Of a stretch of DNA of 64,000 bases, positions 21,964 to 31,483 are shown piece by piece (position 1 is the stretch's first letter; each line of letters opens with the position of its first letter). The DNA is from Candidatus Omnitrophota bacterium. Its GTDB lineage: Bacteria; Omnitrophota; Gorgyraeia; Pluralincolimonadales; Pluralincolimonadaceae. Below the pieces are notes generated by a model. It saw nothing but the letters and a program-made list of their open reading frames with translations, ran no database searches and was not told the origin of the DNA. The position numbers and the translations under genes are program-made. The stretch spans positions 78,026 to 142,025 of the forward strand of contig PLNR01000002.1 in the NCBI GenBank assembly GCA_003141835.1. The letters run 5' to 3'.

Positions 21964-22167
21964 ATGAAGTCCATAGAAGCTGAAGGAAAGACCACGAAAG
22001 AAGCTATCCACCTGGCGCTGCAAAAGCTGGGGGTTGCCCGGGACAAGGTCCAGGTCAAGATCCTGTCCGAAGGCCATCGCGGCCTCTTTGGCATGGAAGG
22101 CCTGAAAATGGCCAAAGTCAAGGTAACCTTAAAGGAAGAAACTCACCAGGCACACCGCAAAGCTTAA
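21964..22167 (+). CDS. Jag/KhpB N-terminal-domain-only protein.
   Basis: 67 aa with the Jag_N signature ([34 protein letters not shown]). It lacks the KH and R3H domains of full-length Jag. Confidence 0.6.
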   Translation: MKSIEAEGKTTKEAIHLALQKLGVARDKVQVKILSEGHRGLFGMEGLKMAKVKVTLKEETHQAHRKA

Positions 22168-22183
22168 TCCGGAAGTACCCAAA

Positions 22184-23944
22184 ATGCCCGAAATTCCTTA
22201 TTCTAACGACTATGATGTCATTGTGGTAGGCGGAGGCCACGCCGGCTGCGAAGCTGCCCTCTGCACGGCCAGGATGGGCTTAAAATGCCTGCTTCTGACC
22301 ATGGACCCTGCTACGATAGCCCAGATGTCCTGCAACCCGGCCATAGGCGGGCTTGCCAAGGGCCACATAGTCCGGGAGATCGATGCTCTTGGCGGCGAGA
22401 TGGCAAAAGTGACCGATAAGACCGGGATCCAGTTCCGGCTCCTTAATACTAAAAAAGGCCCGGCTGTCCAGGCGCCCCGCGCACAAGCAGACAAGAAGCT
22501 TTATCAGTCCGCCATGAGGAAAGTCATCGAAGCCCAGGATGGCCTTGACCTGAAGCAGGAAGTTGCTGAGGAGATCATTACTGAAAACGGGAAAGCCGCA
22601 GGCGTTCTCTGCCAGTCAGGCGCGCGGTATGGCGCCAAAGCCGTTATCATTACGACAGGCACATTCCTGAACGGGTTGATACACATCGGCATGACGACTT
22701 TCCCGGCAGGCAGAATCGGGGAACCGCCGGCGGTCAAATTATCGTACTCTTTACGCTCGTTAGGCTTTGAAATAAAAAGGCTTAAGACCGGAACCCCGGC
22801 CAGGCTAAAGAAAGGATCTATAGACTTCACAAAGACAGAGATCCAGGACGGCGATCCGGAGCCGACGCCCTTCTCGTTCTCAACCGAAAAAATAGAGCAG
22901 CAGCAGGTCCCTTGCTATATCACTTATACAAATAAAGAAACCCATAAATATATCCTGGATAACCTTGACCGCTCGCCGCTTTACAGCGGAAAGATCAAAG
23001 GGATCGGTCCGCGTTATTGCCCGTCAATTGAAGACAAGGTCGTAAGATTTAAGGACAAAGAGCGCCACCAGATCTTTCTTGAGCCTGAAGGGCTTGGTTC
23101 CGATGAGATATATCCTAACGGAGTGTCTACGAGCCTTCCAGAGGATGTCCAATTATATATGTTAAGGACTATCAAAGGATTAGAACATTGTGAAGTTTCC
23201 CGATTTGGCTATGCCATCGAATACGACTTCTGCCCGCCAACCCAGCTTAAACCAACGCTTGAGACAAAGCTCGTGGGAGGCCTTTATTTTGCCGGCCAGA
23301 TCAACGGAACTTCCGGTTACGAAGAAGCCGCCGGCCAGGGCCTAGCCGCCGGGATAAACGCCGCATTGAAGATCAAAGGCAATGAGCCTTTTATCCTTAA
23401 ACGGTCGGAGGCGTATATAGGTGTTTTAATTGATGACCTGGTGACCAAGGGAACAAACGAGCCGTACCGGATGTTCACTTCCCGCGCCGAATACAGGCTC
23501 CTGTTAAGGCACGACAACGCAGACTTAAGGCTTATGGGATATGGCCATGAGTTGGGCCTTATCCCGGAAGCGCAATATAACGCCCTGATCGAGAAGAAGA
23601 AAATGATCGAAACCGGAGTCACCGCCTTAAAACGTAAACGCCCGGATGAGATATCCTCGTATCCGGCGGAGGCCAGGAAACAGGCCGAGATCGAGGTCAA
23701 ATACGAAGGATATATCCAGCGGCAGGTCCGGGAGGCCGAAAAGTTAAAGAAGTTGGAGCAGGTCACGATCCCGCCGACTATAGATTTCAAGGATGTCAGG
23801 GGCCTGCGGATAGAAGCACGGGAAAAGCTCGACAAGATAAAGCCCAACTCTGTCGGCCAGGCCTCGAGGATATCAGGCATTTCTCCGTGCGACATATCAC
23901 TTCTTTACGTCTACATAGAAGCCCTTCATAAAAGAAAATCTTGA
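22184..23944 (+). CDS. mnmG: tRNA uridine-5-carboxymethylaminomethyl modification enzyme MnmG/GidA.
   Basis: 586 aa. FAD-binding [10 protein letters not shown] at the N-terminus and MnmG family blocks throughout. Confidence 0.9.
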   Translation: MPEIPYSNDYDVIVVGGGHAGCEAALCTARMGLKCLLLTMDPATIAQMSCNPAIGGLAKGHIVREIDALGGEMAKVTDKTGIQFRLLNTKKGPAVQAPRAQADKKLYQSAMRKVIEAQDGLDLKQEVAEEIITENGKAAGVLCQSGARYGAKAVIITTGTFLNGLIHIGMTTFPAGRIGEPPAVKLSYSLRSLGFEIKRLKTGTPARLKKGSIDFTKTEIQDGDPEPTPFSFSTEKIEQQQVPCYITYTNKETHKYILDNLDRSPLYSGKIKGIGPRYCPSIEDKVVRFKDKERHQIFLEPEGLGSDEIYPNGVSTSLPEDVQLYMLRTIKGLEHCEVSRFGYAIEYDFCPPTQLKPTLETKLVGGLYFAGQINGTSGYEEAAGQGLAAGINAALKIKGNEPFILKRSEAYIGVLIDDLVTKGTNEPYRMFTSRAEYRLLLRHDNADLRLMGYGHELGLIPEAQYNALIEKKKMIETGVTALKRKRPDEISSYPAEARKQAEIEVKYEGYIQRQVREAEKLKKLEQVTIPPTIDFKDVRGLRIEAREKLDKIKPNSVGQASRISGISPCDISLLYVYIEALHKRKS

Positions 23945-23967
23945 CAAAAAATCCGTCTCTGTTAGAA

Positions 23968-23983
23968 TGTTCCACGTGGAACA
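23968..23983. promoter_or_regulatory. parS centromere-like site 2.
   Basis: Identical TGTTCCACGTGGAACA, directly abutting the parA start codon at 23984. Confidence 0.7.
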
Positions 23984-24817
23984 ATGGCAAAGATAATCTC
24001 TGTCTGCAATCAGAAGGGCGGCGTCGGTAAAACTACCACAGCCATAAACCTCGCTTCATTCATCGCGTTGGCAGGGCGTAATGTCCTGGTCGTCGACTGC
24101 GATCCCCAAGCCAATGCCACCTCCGGCCTAGGCATCGATAAAAAACAAGTCAAAGAATCGATCTACGACGTCCTAATCAATGGAAAAGAAATCTCACAAG
24201 TAATTGTAAGTACTAAACTTACAAATTTATACGTCATCCCGTCGAATGTCCATCTTACAGGGATGGAGATCGAGCTTGTCAATTCAGAAAGCCGCGAGTT
24301 CCATTTAAAACAAGCGCTTGAACATATAAGGCCCTCGTTCGATTATATAATCCTCGATGCCCCGCCGAGCCTCGGGCTTTTGACGATAAACGCGCTGACC
24401 GCTTCCAAATCCGCGCTGATACCGCTGCAATGCGAATACTACGCGCTCGAGGGTTTATCCCAATTGCTGAGCACTATCAACCTCGTCAGGCAGAACCTGA
24501 ACCCGTCGCTCGAGATAGAGGGCATACTCCTCACGATGGCCGACTTCAGGACCAAGCTTACCGACGAGGTCATAAAAGAAGCGAGAAGTTATTTCGGCGA
24601 AAAGGTATATAAGACGGTCATACCGCGTTCCGTGAAATTAGGGGAGGCGCCGGGCTTCGGCGTGCCGATCGTGATGTATGACAAGCATTCCCAGGGCGCG
24701 CGCAGTTATTACGAATTTGCGAAAGAATTCCTGAAAATAGATTTTCCGCTCGAACTGAACACCAAGCCAGAAAAGGAGATCCCGGATGGAGAAGAGAGTA
24801 TTAGGCAAGGGGCTTAA
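23984..24817 (+). CDS. parA: Chromosome partitioning ATPase ParA/Soj.
   Basis: Deviant Walker A KGGVGKTTTA. 277 aa. Confidence 0.9.
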   Translation: MAKIISVCNQKGGVGKTTTAINLASFIALAGRNVLVVDCDPQANATSGLGIDKKQVKESIYDVLINGKEISQVIVSTKLTNLYVIPSNVHLTGMEIELVNSESREFHLKQALEHIRPSFDYIILDAPPSLGLLTINALTASKSALIPLQCEYYALEGLSQLLSTINLVRQNLNPSLEIEGILLTMADFRTKLTDEVIKEARSYFGEKVYKTVIPRSVKLGEAPGFGVPIVMYDKHSQGARSYYEFAKEFLKIDFPLELNTKPEKEIPDGEESIRQGA

Positions 24818-25643
24818 GGCCTTAATTCCCGACGACGTCCCGCAAAAGTCCGAAAGCAGGGGAGCGATACAATTAAAGATCAGCGAGATAATACCAGGCA
24901 GGTTCCAGCCCAGGGAGGTCTTCGACCCGGATAAGCTTAAGGAATTGGTACTCTCGATAAAAGAGAAGGGGGTCATACAGCCGGTCATAGTGCGGCCGAA
25001 AGGCGACGGCTATGAATTGATCGCCGGCGAAAGGCGGTTGAGGGCCGCGAAGGCGCTGGGGATCACCCAGGTCCCGGCGATAATAAAGGACGTCAAGGAC
25101 GATGAGGCGCTCGAGATCGCGCTTATAGAGAACATACAGCGCGATAATCTCAACCCGATCGAGGAAGCGAAGGCTTATCAGAGGCTGTCTGAGGAGTTTT
25201 CGATGACGCAGGAACAGATATCGGAGAAAGTGGGAAGGGATAGGGCTTCGATCTCGAATATGATGAGGCTATTGAGGCTCCCCGATAAGATAAAAGAAGA
25301 GATATACCTGGGCAGGGTTTCGATGGGCCACGCTAAAGCGATACTCATGCTTGATTCCGAGCAGTCGCAGTTGGAACTTTGCTTAAAGATAATAAGGCGC
25401 GGCCTCTCGGTCAGGGAAGCGGAATATTTCGTTAAACGGAAGATCGTCGGGAAAGCGCGCCCGGCGAGGCCGAGGAAACATTCTACCGAGGTACGCGCGG
25501 TCGAGGAAGAATTACAGAGGATCCTCGGCACGAAGGTGACGCTCCTGCATAATAATAAGCGGGGCAAGATCCTTATCGAGTATTATTCCAACGAGGACCT
25601 GGAGAGGCTGCTGAATTTATTACGCGGACGGCACAGGTCGTAA
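24786..25643 (+). CDS. parB: Chromosome partitioning protein ParB/Spo0J.
   Basis: ParB box GERRLRAAK, HTH (QEQISEKVGRDRASISNMMRLL). 285 aa. Overlaps parA by 32 nt. Confidence 0.9.
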   Translation: MEKRVLGKGLKALIPDDVPQKSESRGAIQLKISEIIPGRFQPREVFDPDKLKELVLSIKEKGVIQPVIVRPKGDGYELIAGERRLRAAKALGITQVPAIIKDVKDDEALEIALIENIQRDNLNPIEEAKAYQRLSEEFSMTQEQISEKVGRDRASISNMMRLLRLPDKIKEEIYLGRVSMGHAKAILMLDSEQSQLELCLKIIRRGLSVREAEYFVKRKIVGKARPARPRKHSTEVRAVEEELQRILGTKVTLLHNNKRGKILIEYYSNEDLERLLNLLRGRHRS

Positions 25644-27187
25644 AGGATCACGAGGAAGGCGCAGCATAATATTGAAAGCGCGGCCCGCGTCCCGAGGACC
25701 GGCTTTACAGGCGCAGATTTAAAAGACCCGTCCCGTATAAGTATCTTCGCTTTATCGGTCTCCGCTATCAGCCTGAATTTATATTTGTCCGACGCTATCT
25801 TTAACGCGGCCATATCGTAATTCCCGTCGAGCTCCCTCAACCAAATGGCCAGTTTTGATGAACCGAATTCATTGATCGGGACCTCAGGCCTTTTTATTTC
25901 GTAGAACGTCTGGGCGGCGTTCGGCCGTCCGGAGATCGCCGAAAGCATCCCCCCGATATAGGCCCAGTTAGAGCATATTATATCGTCGTGCGCCGTGTTC
26001 TTTTCTATCAGCCTCGCCCATTCCTTAGCCTCAAGATCGACCAGGTTTATCTCAAAAGGCCTGACATGTTTATTGTAATACGGCATAAGGTTATAGGCCG
26101 AAGAGTCCCGGAGAAAGAAAAACAGCTCTTTTTGGTTTTTTGCCGGGTCCTTATACAGCGAGATGCTCGGCGAAATGACATTGATGATAACAAAAAAGGA
26201 TACCAGATAAAATACGGCGAAACGCGCCCCGGTTATTCTTGCAGCCAGGAACTTTTCCAGCGCGTCATAGGTTTTTTCTATCCCCAGCCCGGCGAAGAAA
26301 AGGACGGGCAGGAGCCCTTCTCCGCTTAAGAACCTGTACCTGTAATTAAATGCCAGGGGCAGGAAAGCCAGGAAGAGCGCGGCGAAGAAAATGGCGCGGG
26401 AACCGCGCCATTCGGCCTTAAACTTATAAAGGCCTAATATTGCGAAGATACATATGAACGGGTAAAGCTCAAAAAGTTCGTTTTCGCCTACTCTTATCCC
26501 TAGCGGATTTTCAAACTTGTTTATATTCACCAGGACGTGTATTATTACCGGCGCGGCCAGCAATAAAGAGAAGAAGGCGGCCTTCAGCGCTTTCTTCAAT
26601 ACAGCCTTTTTCATCAATCCGTAAATAATGAACGCCAGCAGTCCTATCCACGGCATGGCCAGATGGGTATAGAACGCGCAGGCGATAAGCATCGGGCAGG
26701 CGAGCTTCCTCTTCTCCTCGAACGCATAGAACGCGAGGAGGATGAAAACCAGCGACAGGCTTACGGGTATAGTGATCGTCAGCTTCAGGAAGAACGCATA
26801 AGGGATCACCGTTGCGGCGGCTACGAAGAACCCTGTTTTCGGGGAAAATAGCCTGTTTACGACGAAGGAGAGCGTTGCCAGCAGGGCCAGGAACGATAAG
26901 ACCGAGAACAACCTGGATATGGAGAGTATGTCGAGCCCGAGTTTATACGGGACCAGCAGGAGCAGGTGGAAGAGGGGAGGGTAGAGATGGATATTCCCGG
27001 CCGGCGCCAATTCCCAGAAGGCATGGTTGACTATCCCGCCGGCAGCGTCGAAACCGCGCATCACGTTGATATGGTAATATATGTCGAGGAAGAACGGGAA
27101 CTTTTGCCAGTTAAAAAAAGAAAGGGCCGCGAAGAACGCTATTACAGCAGCTGTCAGGATGCCCCATCTTGGCTTACCGGAGACCAT
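25583..27187 (-). CDS. Polytopic membrane protein, putative GT-C-fold glycosyltransferase (ArnT/PMT-like). Divergent from the large operon.
   Basis: 534 aa. About 11 predicted TM helices in the first 300 residues, then a soluble C-terminal domain. No definitive family motif recognised. The 3' end overlaps parB convergently by 61 nt. Confidence 0.4.
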   Translation of the reverse strand: MVSGKPRWGILTAAVIAFFAALSFFNWQKFPFFLDIYYHINVMRGFDAAGGIVNHAFWELAPAGNIHLYPPLFHLLLLVPYKLGLDILSISRLFSVLSFLALLATLSFVVNRLFSPKTGFFVAAATVIPYAFFLKLTITIPVSLSLVFILLAFYAFEEKRKLACPMLIACAFYTHLAMPWIGLLAFIIYGLMKKAVLKKALKAAFFSLLLAAPVIIHVLVNINKFENPLGIRVGENELFELYPFICIFAILGLYKFKAEWRGSRAIFFAALFLAFLPLAFNYRYRFLSGEGLLPVLFFAGLGIEKTYDALEKFLAARITGARFAVFYLVSFFVIINVISPSISLYKDPAKNQKELFFFLRDSSAYNLMPYYNKHVRPFEINLVDLEAKEWARLIEKNTAHDDIICSNWAYIGGMLSAISGRPNAAQTFYEIKRPEVPINEFGSSKLAIWLRELDGNYDMAALKIASDKYKFRLIAETDKAKILIRDGSFKSAPVKPVLGTRAALSILCCAFLVILYDLCRPRNKFSSLSRSSLE

Positions 27188-27244
27188 TCTTATGTTGCCC
27201 GCTTTCTTAAAGTATTAAAGCTACCCACCCACCCGGGAATAGTG

Positions 27245-27250
27245 TATAAT
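27245..27250 (+). promoter_or_regulatory. Candidate -10 element for the large plus-strand operon.
   Basis: Perfect TATAAT 10 nt upstream of the ATG at 27261. No convincing -35 and no SD, so the transcript is possibly leaderless or has a very short leader. Weak call. Confidence 0.3.
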
Positions 27251-27260
27251 ATTATAACAC

Positions 27261-28721
27261 ATGATCTTAATAAATCCAAAATCAACGAGGTTCGGGATAT
27301 TTGAGAGATACGTCCCGCTCAGCGTCCCTATCGGCGTAGGTTGTCTCGCAGGTTATCTTTTGCAGCACGGCAGAAAAGCTGAGATAATAGACGAGCATAT
27401 CGAACCCCTGTCTAAAGAACTGTTGGATAAAGCGCTAGAGGGGGTCTCTCCGCCGTATATTTTTGGCATATCGACTTTAACTGCCTGCGCTCAAAGAAGT
27501 TATAGTATCTCAAGAGAAATAAAAAACCGGTATCCGGATTCAAAGGTCGTTTTGGGCGGGATACATCCTACGGTCCTTCCTGACGAAGTCCTGGGGGTAG
27601 ATACTGTCGATTTTGCCGTAAGGGGCGAAGCAGAGAAGATCCTCCTGGAGCTGTATGACGCCATAAAAAATAATAAGGACTATTCAAAGATAAAAGGGCT
27701 GTCATATAAGAACGGCGGCAAGCTTGCCCATAACCCGCCCGCGGAACTGCCGGCCCTGGACGATTTCCCCCCGTTCCCCTACCATCTTTTCAAGAATGAC
27801 CGCGGAAAATACAATTTCGGTTTCATAGCCAGCTCAAGAGGGTGCCCTTATGACTGCATTTTTTGCAGCCAGAGGGTAATATCCGGGCAGAAATTCCGCT
27901 ATGTTCCCGAAGAGATGGTGATCGGCGAGATAGATGAGCTCATTAATAAGCACGGGCAGACGCACATCAATTTCGTCGACGACAACTTTACCGCGAACAA
28001 GCAAAGGATATTCCGACTGTGCGAACTGATGATAAAGAACGGATTTCACGAGAAGGCGACCTTCGATTGCCAGACGAGGGCTGACGCGGTCAACGACGAG
28101 ATCCTGGCGCTGTTGAAAAAAGCAGGCTTCAGGGTCATCAATTACGGCCTCGAGACAGCCTCAGAACGGCTTATGGTGATGTTAAATAAGAAAGAGACCG
28201 TAGCCGACAATATCGCCGCGGTGAAACTGGCGAAGAAACATGGCTTAAGGGTCTCGGGGACTTTTATCTTCGGACTTCCCACGGAAACAAAGGAAGAGAG
28301 GCGGCAGGCTTACGAGTTGGCCAAGAAGCTGGACCTTGATTATGTCAGGTTTAATAACGCGACCCCTTATCCGGGCACGAGGTTATACGAAATGGCGAAA
28401 GAAGAGGGGCGCCTCTTCGTAGATGATGGATGGGCCAACCTTAATGCATGCGCGTCGCTGGTCCAGGACTCGATAACAGAGTCGAGGTTGCCTTATGTGC
28501 CCAAAGGTTGCGACGAGAAAGAGCTGAAAAAAGATATCATCAGGGCCAACCTGCTTTTTTCGCTCAGGCCCAAAAGGGTGCTTCGCCTGCTCACCAAAAG
28601 GATCGGGCCTGCCGGCTGGTTCTATCTCCCTCCACGGTGGTATTTAAGCTCTGAAGAATGGCGTTGTCTTATAAAACTGGGATGTAATTTATTTAAGTCG
28701 TTGGTGAAAGCATATAGCTAA
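27261..28721 (+). CDS. B12-binding (class B) radical SAM enzyme, number 1.
   Basis: N-terminal cobalamin-binding domain pattern. CxxxCxxC cluster CPYDCIFC. 486 aa. Confidence 0.8.
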   Translation: MILINPKSTRFGIFERYVPLSVPIGVGCLAGYLLQHGRKAEIIDEHIEPLSKELLDKALEGVSPPYIFGISTLTACAQRSYSISREIKNRYPDSKVVLGGIHPTVLPDEVLGVDTVDFAVRGEAEKILLELYDAIKNNKDYSKIKGLSYKNGGKLAHNPPAELPALDDFPPFPYHLFKNDRGKYNFGFIASSRGCPYDCIFCSQRVISGQKFRYVPEEMVIGEIDELINKHGQTHINFVDDNFTANKQRIFRLCELMIKNGFHEKATFDCQTRADAVNDEILALLKKAGFRVINYGLETASERLMVMLNKKETVADNIAAVKLAKKHGLRVSGTFIFGLPTETKEERRQAYELAKKLDLDYVRFNNATPYPGTRLYEMAKEEGRLFVDDGWANLNACASLVQDSITESRLPYVPKGCDEKELKKDIIRANLLFSLRPKRVLRLLTKRIGPAGWFYLPPRWYLSSEEWRCLIKLGCNLFKSLVKAYS

Positions 28722-28722
28722 A

Positions 28723-29421
28723 ATGCCATTACTTACGGTGATAATACCCGTTTATAATGAAGTAAACACATTAAAAAGCATCTTAGAAAAAGTAAATTCC
28801 GTGGATTTAGATAAGGAGATCATCGTGGTCGATGATGGCTCTTCCGACGGTACGAGAAAACTGCTGGGTGAGATCAAAAGCGATAGTATGAAGATAATCT
28901 ACCATGCCAAAAACAAGGGGAAAGGCGCTTCTTTTTTGACGGGCCTTGCAAATGCCAAGGGTGAATTTGTCATACCGCAGGACGCCGACTTAGAGTACGA
29001 TCCGCAAGATCACGTGGCTTTAGTCGATTACGCCCTGAAAAACAACTTAGCAGCGGTGTACGGGTCCCGTTTTCTAAAAACATGGAGATGCACTTATCTC
29101 TGGCACTATCTTGTAAATAGATTCCTTACGATTTTTACGAATATCCTTTTCGGGTCTTCCTTAACCGACATGGAAACCTGCTATAAGCTTATAAGGCTGG
29201 ACCTGGTAAGGGGGTTGGACCTTCAATCCAGCGGGTTTGAAATAGAGGCGGAGATAACCGGTAAGCTCCTCAAAAAAGGCCATAAAATAGCCGAGATCCC
29301 CATATCTTATAAGCCCCGTTTTGGCGATCAAGGCAAAAAAATTGGCTGGAAAGACGGCGTAAGCACCCTATTATGCCTTATTAAATTACGATTAAAAAAT
29401 GACCAGAACCATAAACCCTAA
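28723..29421 (+). CDS. GT2 glycosyltransferase, polyprenol-phosphate sugar synthase (DPM1/ArnC)-like.
   Basis: VIIPVYNE...VVDDGSSDGT...DADL (DxD). 232 aa, soluble. Confidence 0.75.
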   Translation: MPLLTVIIPVYNEVNTLKSILEKVNSVDLDKEIIVVDDGSSDGTRKLLGEIKSDSMKIIYHAKNKGKGASFLTGLANAKGEFVIPQDADLEYDPQDHVALVDYALKNNLAAVYGSRFLKTWRCTYLWHYLVNRFLTIFTNILFGSSLTDMETCYKLIRLDLVRGLDLQSSGFEIEAEITGKLLKKGHKIAEIPISYKPRFGDQGKKIGWKDGVSTLLCLIKLRLKNDQNHKP

Positions 29422-30454
29422 GCTTTTTACAAGATTCTGCGTTAATTTCAGGTATGCCGTTAGGCTTAACAAGCCCCTCCTGACGGCCCGCCTGATCAAA
29501 ACGTATTTAGCGGTCCTGTTATTTAAAAAAAGGCCGCTTAGGTACGTAGATTTTGCGATAGGATACGATTGTAATCTTAAGTGCGAACACTGCTTTGCAA
29601 CCGCCCTGCGAAACGATTCCCGGAGACGGCTAACCCTTTCGGAGCACAAGAGGGTAGTAAAAGAAGCCATGAGACTGGGCGCGGTCAACTTTTCATTTCA
29701 AGGCGGAGAACCAATCTTATACACGGAGTTGCACGATTACATCAAGAATACTTACCCCTCGCAAAACCTCATTTCGGTAACAACTAACGCCACCCTGCTG
29801 AATGAACGGAATATACGTGAATTAAAACGCTGCGGAGTGGATATATTGACGATAAGCCTGGACAGCGCCATCGCGGAAGAACACGACGGATTTCGCGGTG
29901 TCCAGGGAACTTTTGACAAGGTCATGAATAGTGTTAAGCTTGCTTTAAAAAATGGGATGAACGTTACGCTTGGAGGCGTCGCCTCGCACAAAAATATTCG
30001 GAGCAAAGGGCTTATTGATTTAATAGAACTGGCCCACCGTTTAAATGTCATTATATTTCTAGCGCTTGCGGTACCGATCGGGAGGTGGGCAGACTACAGG
30101 GAGATACTGCTCACGGATGAAGACCGGGAATATCTTTATGCCCTTGTCAGGGAATACCCGCTTTTGAGGACCGATTTTGAGGCAAATTATGTTCATTACG
30201 GATGCGGCGCCGTAAAAGAGATACTTTATCTTACGCCATACGGCGATGTGCTGGCCTGCCCGTTTATACACGTTTCACTCGGCAATATATCTGAGGAAAG
30301 CCTGGAAAGCATCAGAGAAAAAGCGCTTCGCGATCCCTATTTCGGGAATTATCACAAATTATGCCTGGCTGCGGAAGACGCCGGATTCATGGAAAAATAT
30401 TCAGGAAGCTTTTATGGTCGTGACGGGAAGGCACGCGCGTTTGGGGAGTCATGA
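29399..30454 (+). CDS. Radical SAM enzyme with a C-terminal SPASM/twitch-type auxiliary cluster domain, number 1.
   Basis: CNLKCEHC. C-terminal Cys-rich segment (HYGCGAVKEILYLTPYGDVLACPF). 351 aa. Confidence 0.7.
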   Translation: MTRTINPKLFTRFCVNFRYAVRLNKPLLTARLIKTYLAVLLFKKRPLRYVDFAIGYDCNLKCEHCFATALRNDSRRRLTLSEHKRVVKEAMRLGAVNFSFQGGEPILYTELHDYIKNTYPSQNLISVTTNATLLNERNIRELKRCGVDILTISLDSAIAEEHDGFRGVQGTFDKVMNSVKLALKNGMNVTLGGVASHKNIRSKGLIDLIELAHRLNVIIFLALAVPIGRWADYREILLTDEDREYLYALVREYPLLRTDFEANYVHYGCGAVKEILYLTPYGDVLACPFIHVSLGNISEESLESIREKALRDPYFGNYHKLCLAAEDAGFMEKYSGSFYGRDGKARAFGES

Positions 30455-31440
30455 AAAGACGCATATTTATAACAGGCGCTGGCGGATTTATTGGTTCGGC
30501 TTTAGCAAGGCGATTATCGGCCGAGGGGCATGATCTCGTTTTATTTCTGCGCGCGAATGAACGCTATCTGGGCCTTGACGGCATCCAGGCGGCTAAAGAA
30601 TACGGCGACGTTTCAGATGGCCATGGTAAAATCATGGATGCCATGAAAGGTTGCGATCTCGTATATCATTGCGCCTCTAAGATATCGTTTAACAGGTTCA
30701 ATTATGCCGAATCATATCGCATAAATGTTTTGGGCACAAGAAATGTTTTAGATGCCGCTTACCGAAATGGCATAAAAAAGTTCGCTTATATCAGCGCCTG
30801 TGCCGTTTTTGGATTCGCGAAACAGAAAGATATTATCGATGAGCGCTCCCGCTACGCGGTCAAAAAGATAAATACATATGCGTATACGAAAAAACTGGCC
30901 GAGGAAGAAGTCAGGAACTATTGCTCCAAGGGCCTGGATGCGGTTATCGTAAACCCATGCACTGTATATGGGCAGGGGGACAGGAAGCTTAATTCCGGCG
31001 CCATCATAAAAACTGTTTATCATAATAAACTTAGGTTCGCCCCACCCGGGGGGACCACCGTCATATCAATTGATGACGCGGTTGAGGGATTGATCACGGC
31101 GCTTGATAAGGGACGTAAAGGAGAAAATTATATACTCGCAAGCGAGCATATGGAATATATAGACCTTTTAAATATTATTGCGAAGATTACGGGGGCACGG
31201 CGTATTTCCGGGAAGATCCCCTCATTCTTTTATTATCCCGCCGTATTCGGAGCGGCGCTGATAGAGCTTTTTGATAGGAGGTCCGATTTCATAACGCCTC
31301 AGATAGTGAAAGAGCTGTTCGGATACAAATATTACAGCTCTTCCAAGGCAACCGCTGAACTGGGCTGGAGGCCGAAAGTTAAAATTGGCGAGGCGATACA
31401 AAAGGCCTTTATCTTTTATAGGGACCAGGGGTTGCTATGA
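30451..31440 (+). CDS. NAD-dependent sugar epimerase/dehydratase (extended SDR).
   Basis: GAGGFIGSALARRL Rossmann motif and YxxxK catalytic dyad (YAYTKKL). 329 aa. Confidence 0.8.
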   Translation: MKRRIFITGAGGFIGSALARRLSAEGHDLVLFLRANERYLGLDGIQAAKEYGDVSDGHGKIMDAMKGCDLVYHCASKISFNRFNYAESYRINVLGTRNVLDAAYRNGIKKFAYISACAVFGFAKQKDIIDERSRYAVKKINTYAYTKKLAEEEVRNYCSKGLDAVIVNPCTVYGQGDRKLNSGAIIKTVYHNKLRFAPPGGTTVISIDDAVEGLITALDKGRKGENYILASEHMEYIDLLNIIAKITGARRISGKIPSFFYYPAVFGAALIELFDRRSDFITPQIVKELFGYKYYSSSKATAELGWRPKVKIGEAIQKAFIFYRDQGLL

Positions 31441-31483
31441 ACGCAGGGCCGGGACGTAAATAACAAGGAAAAAGAGGGTAAGC

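Noticed and set aside
25583-25643. Convergent 61-nt overlap between parB and the GT-C membrane protein gene, considered as evidence for a mis-called gene.
   Set aside because: Both ORFs are long and have family-typical features. The overlap is kept as real, although the exact 3' end of either could shift if there is a sequencing error.
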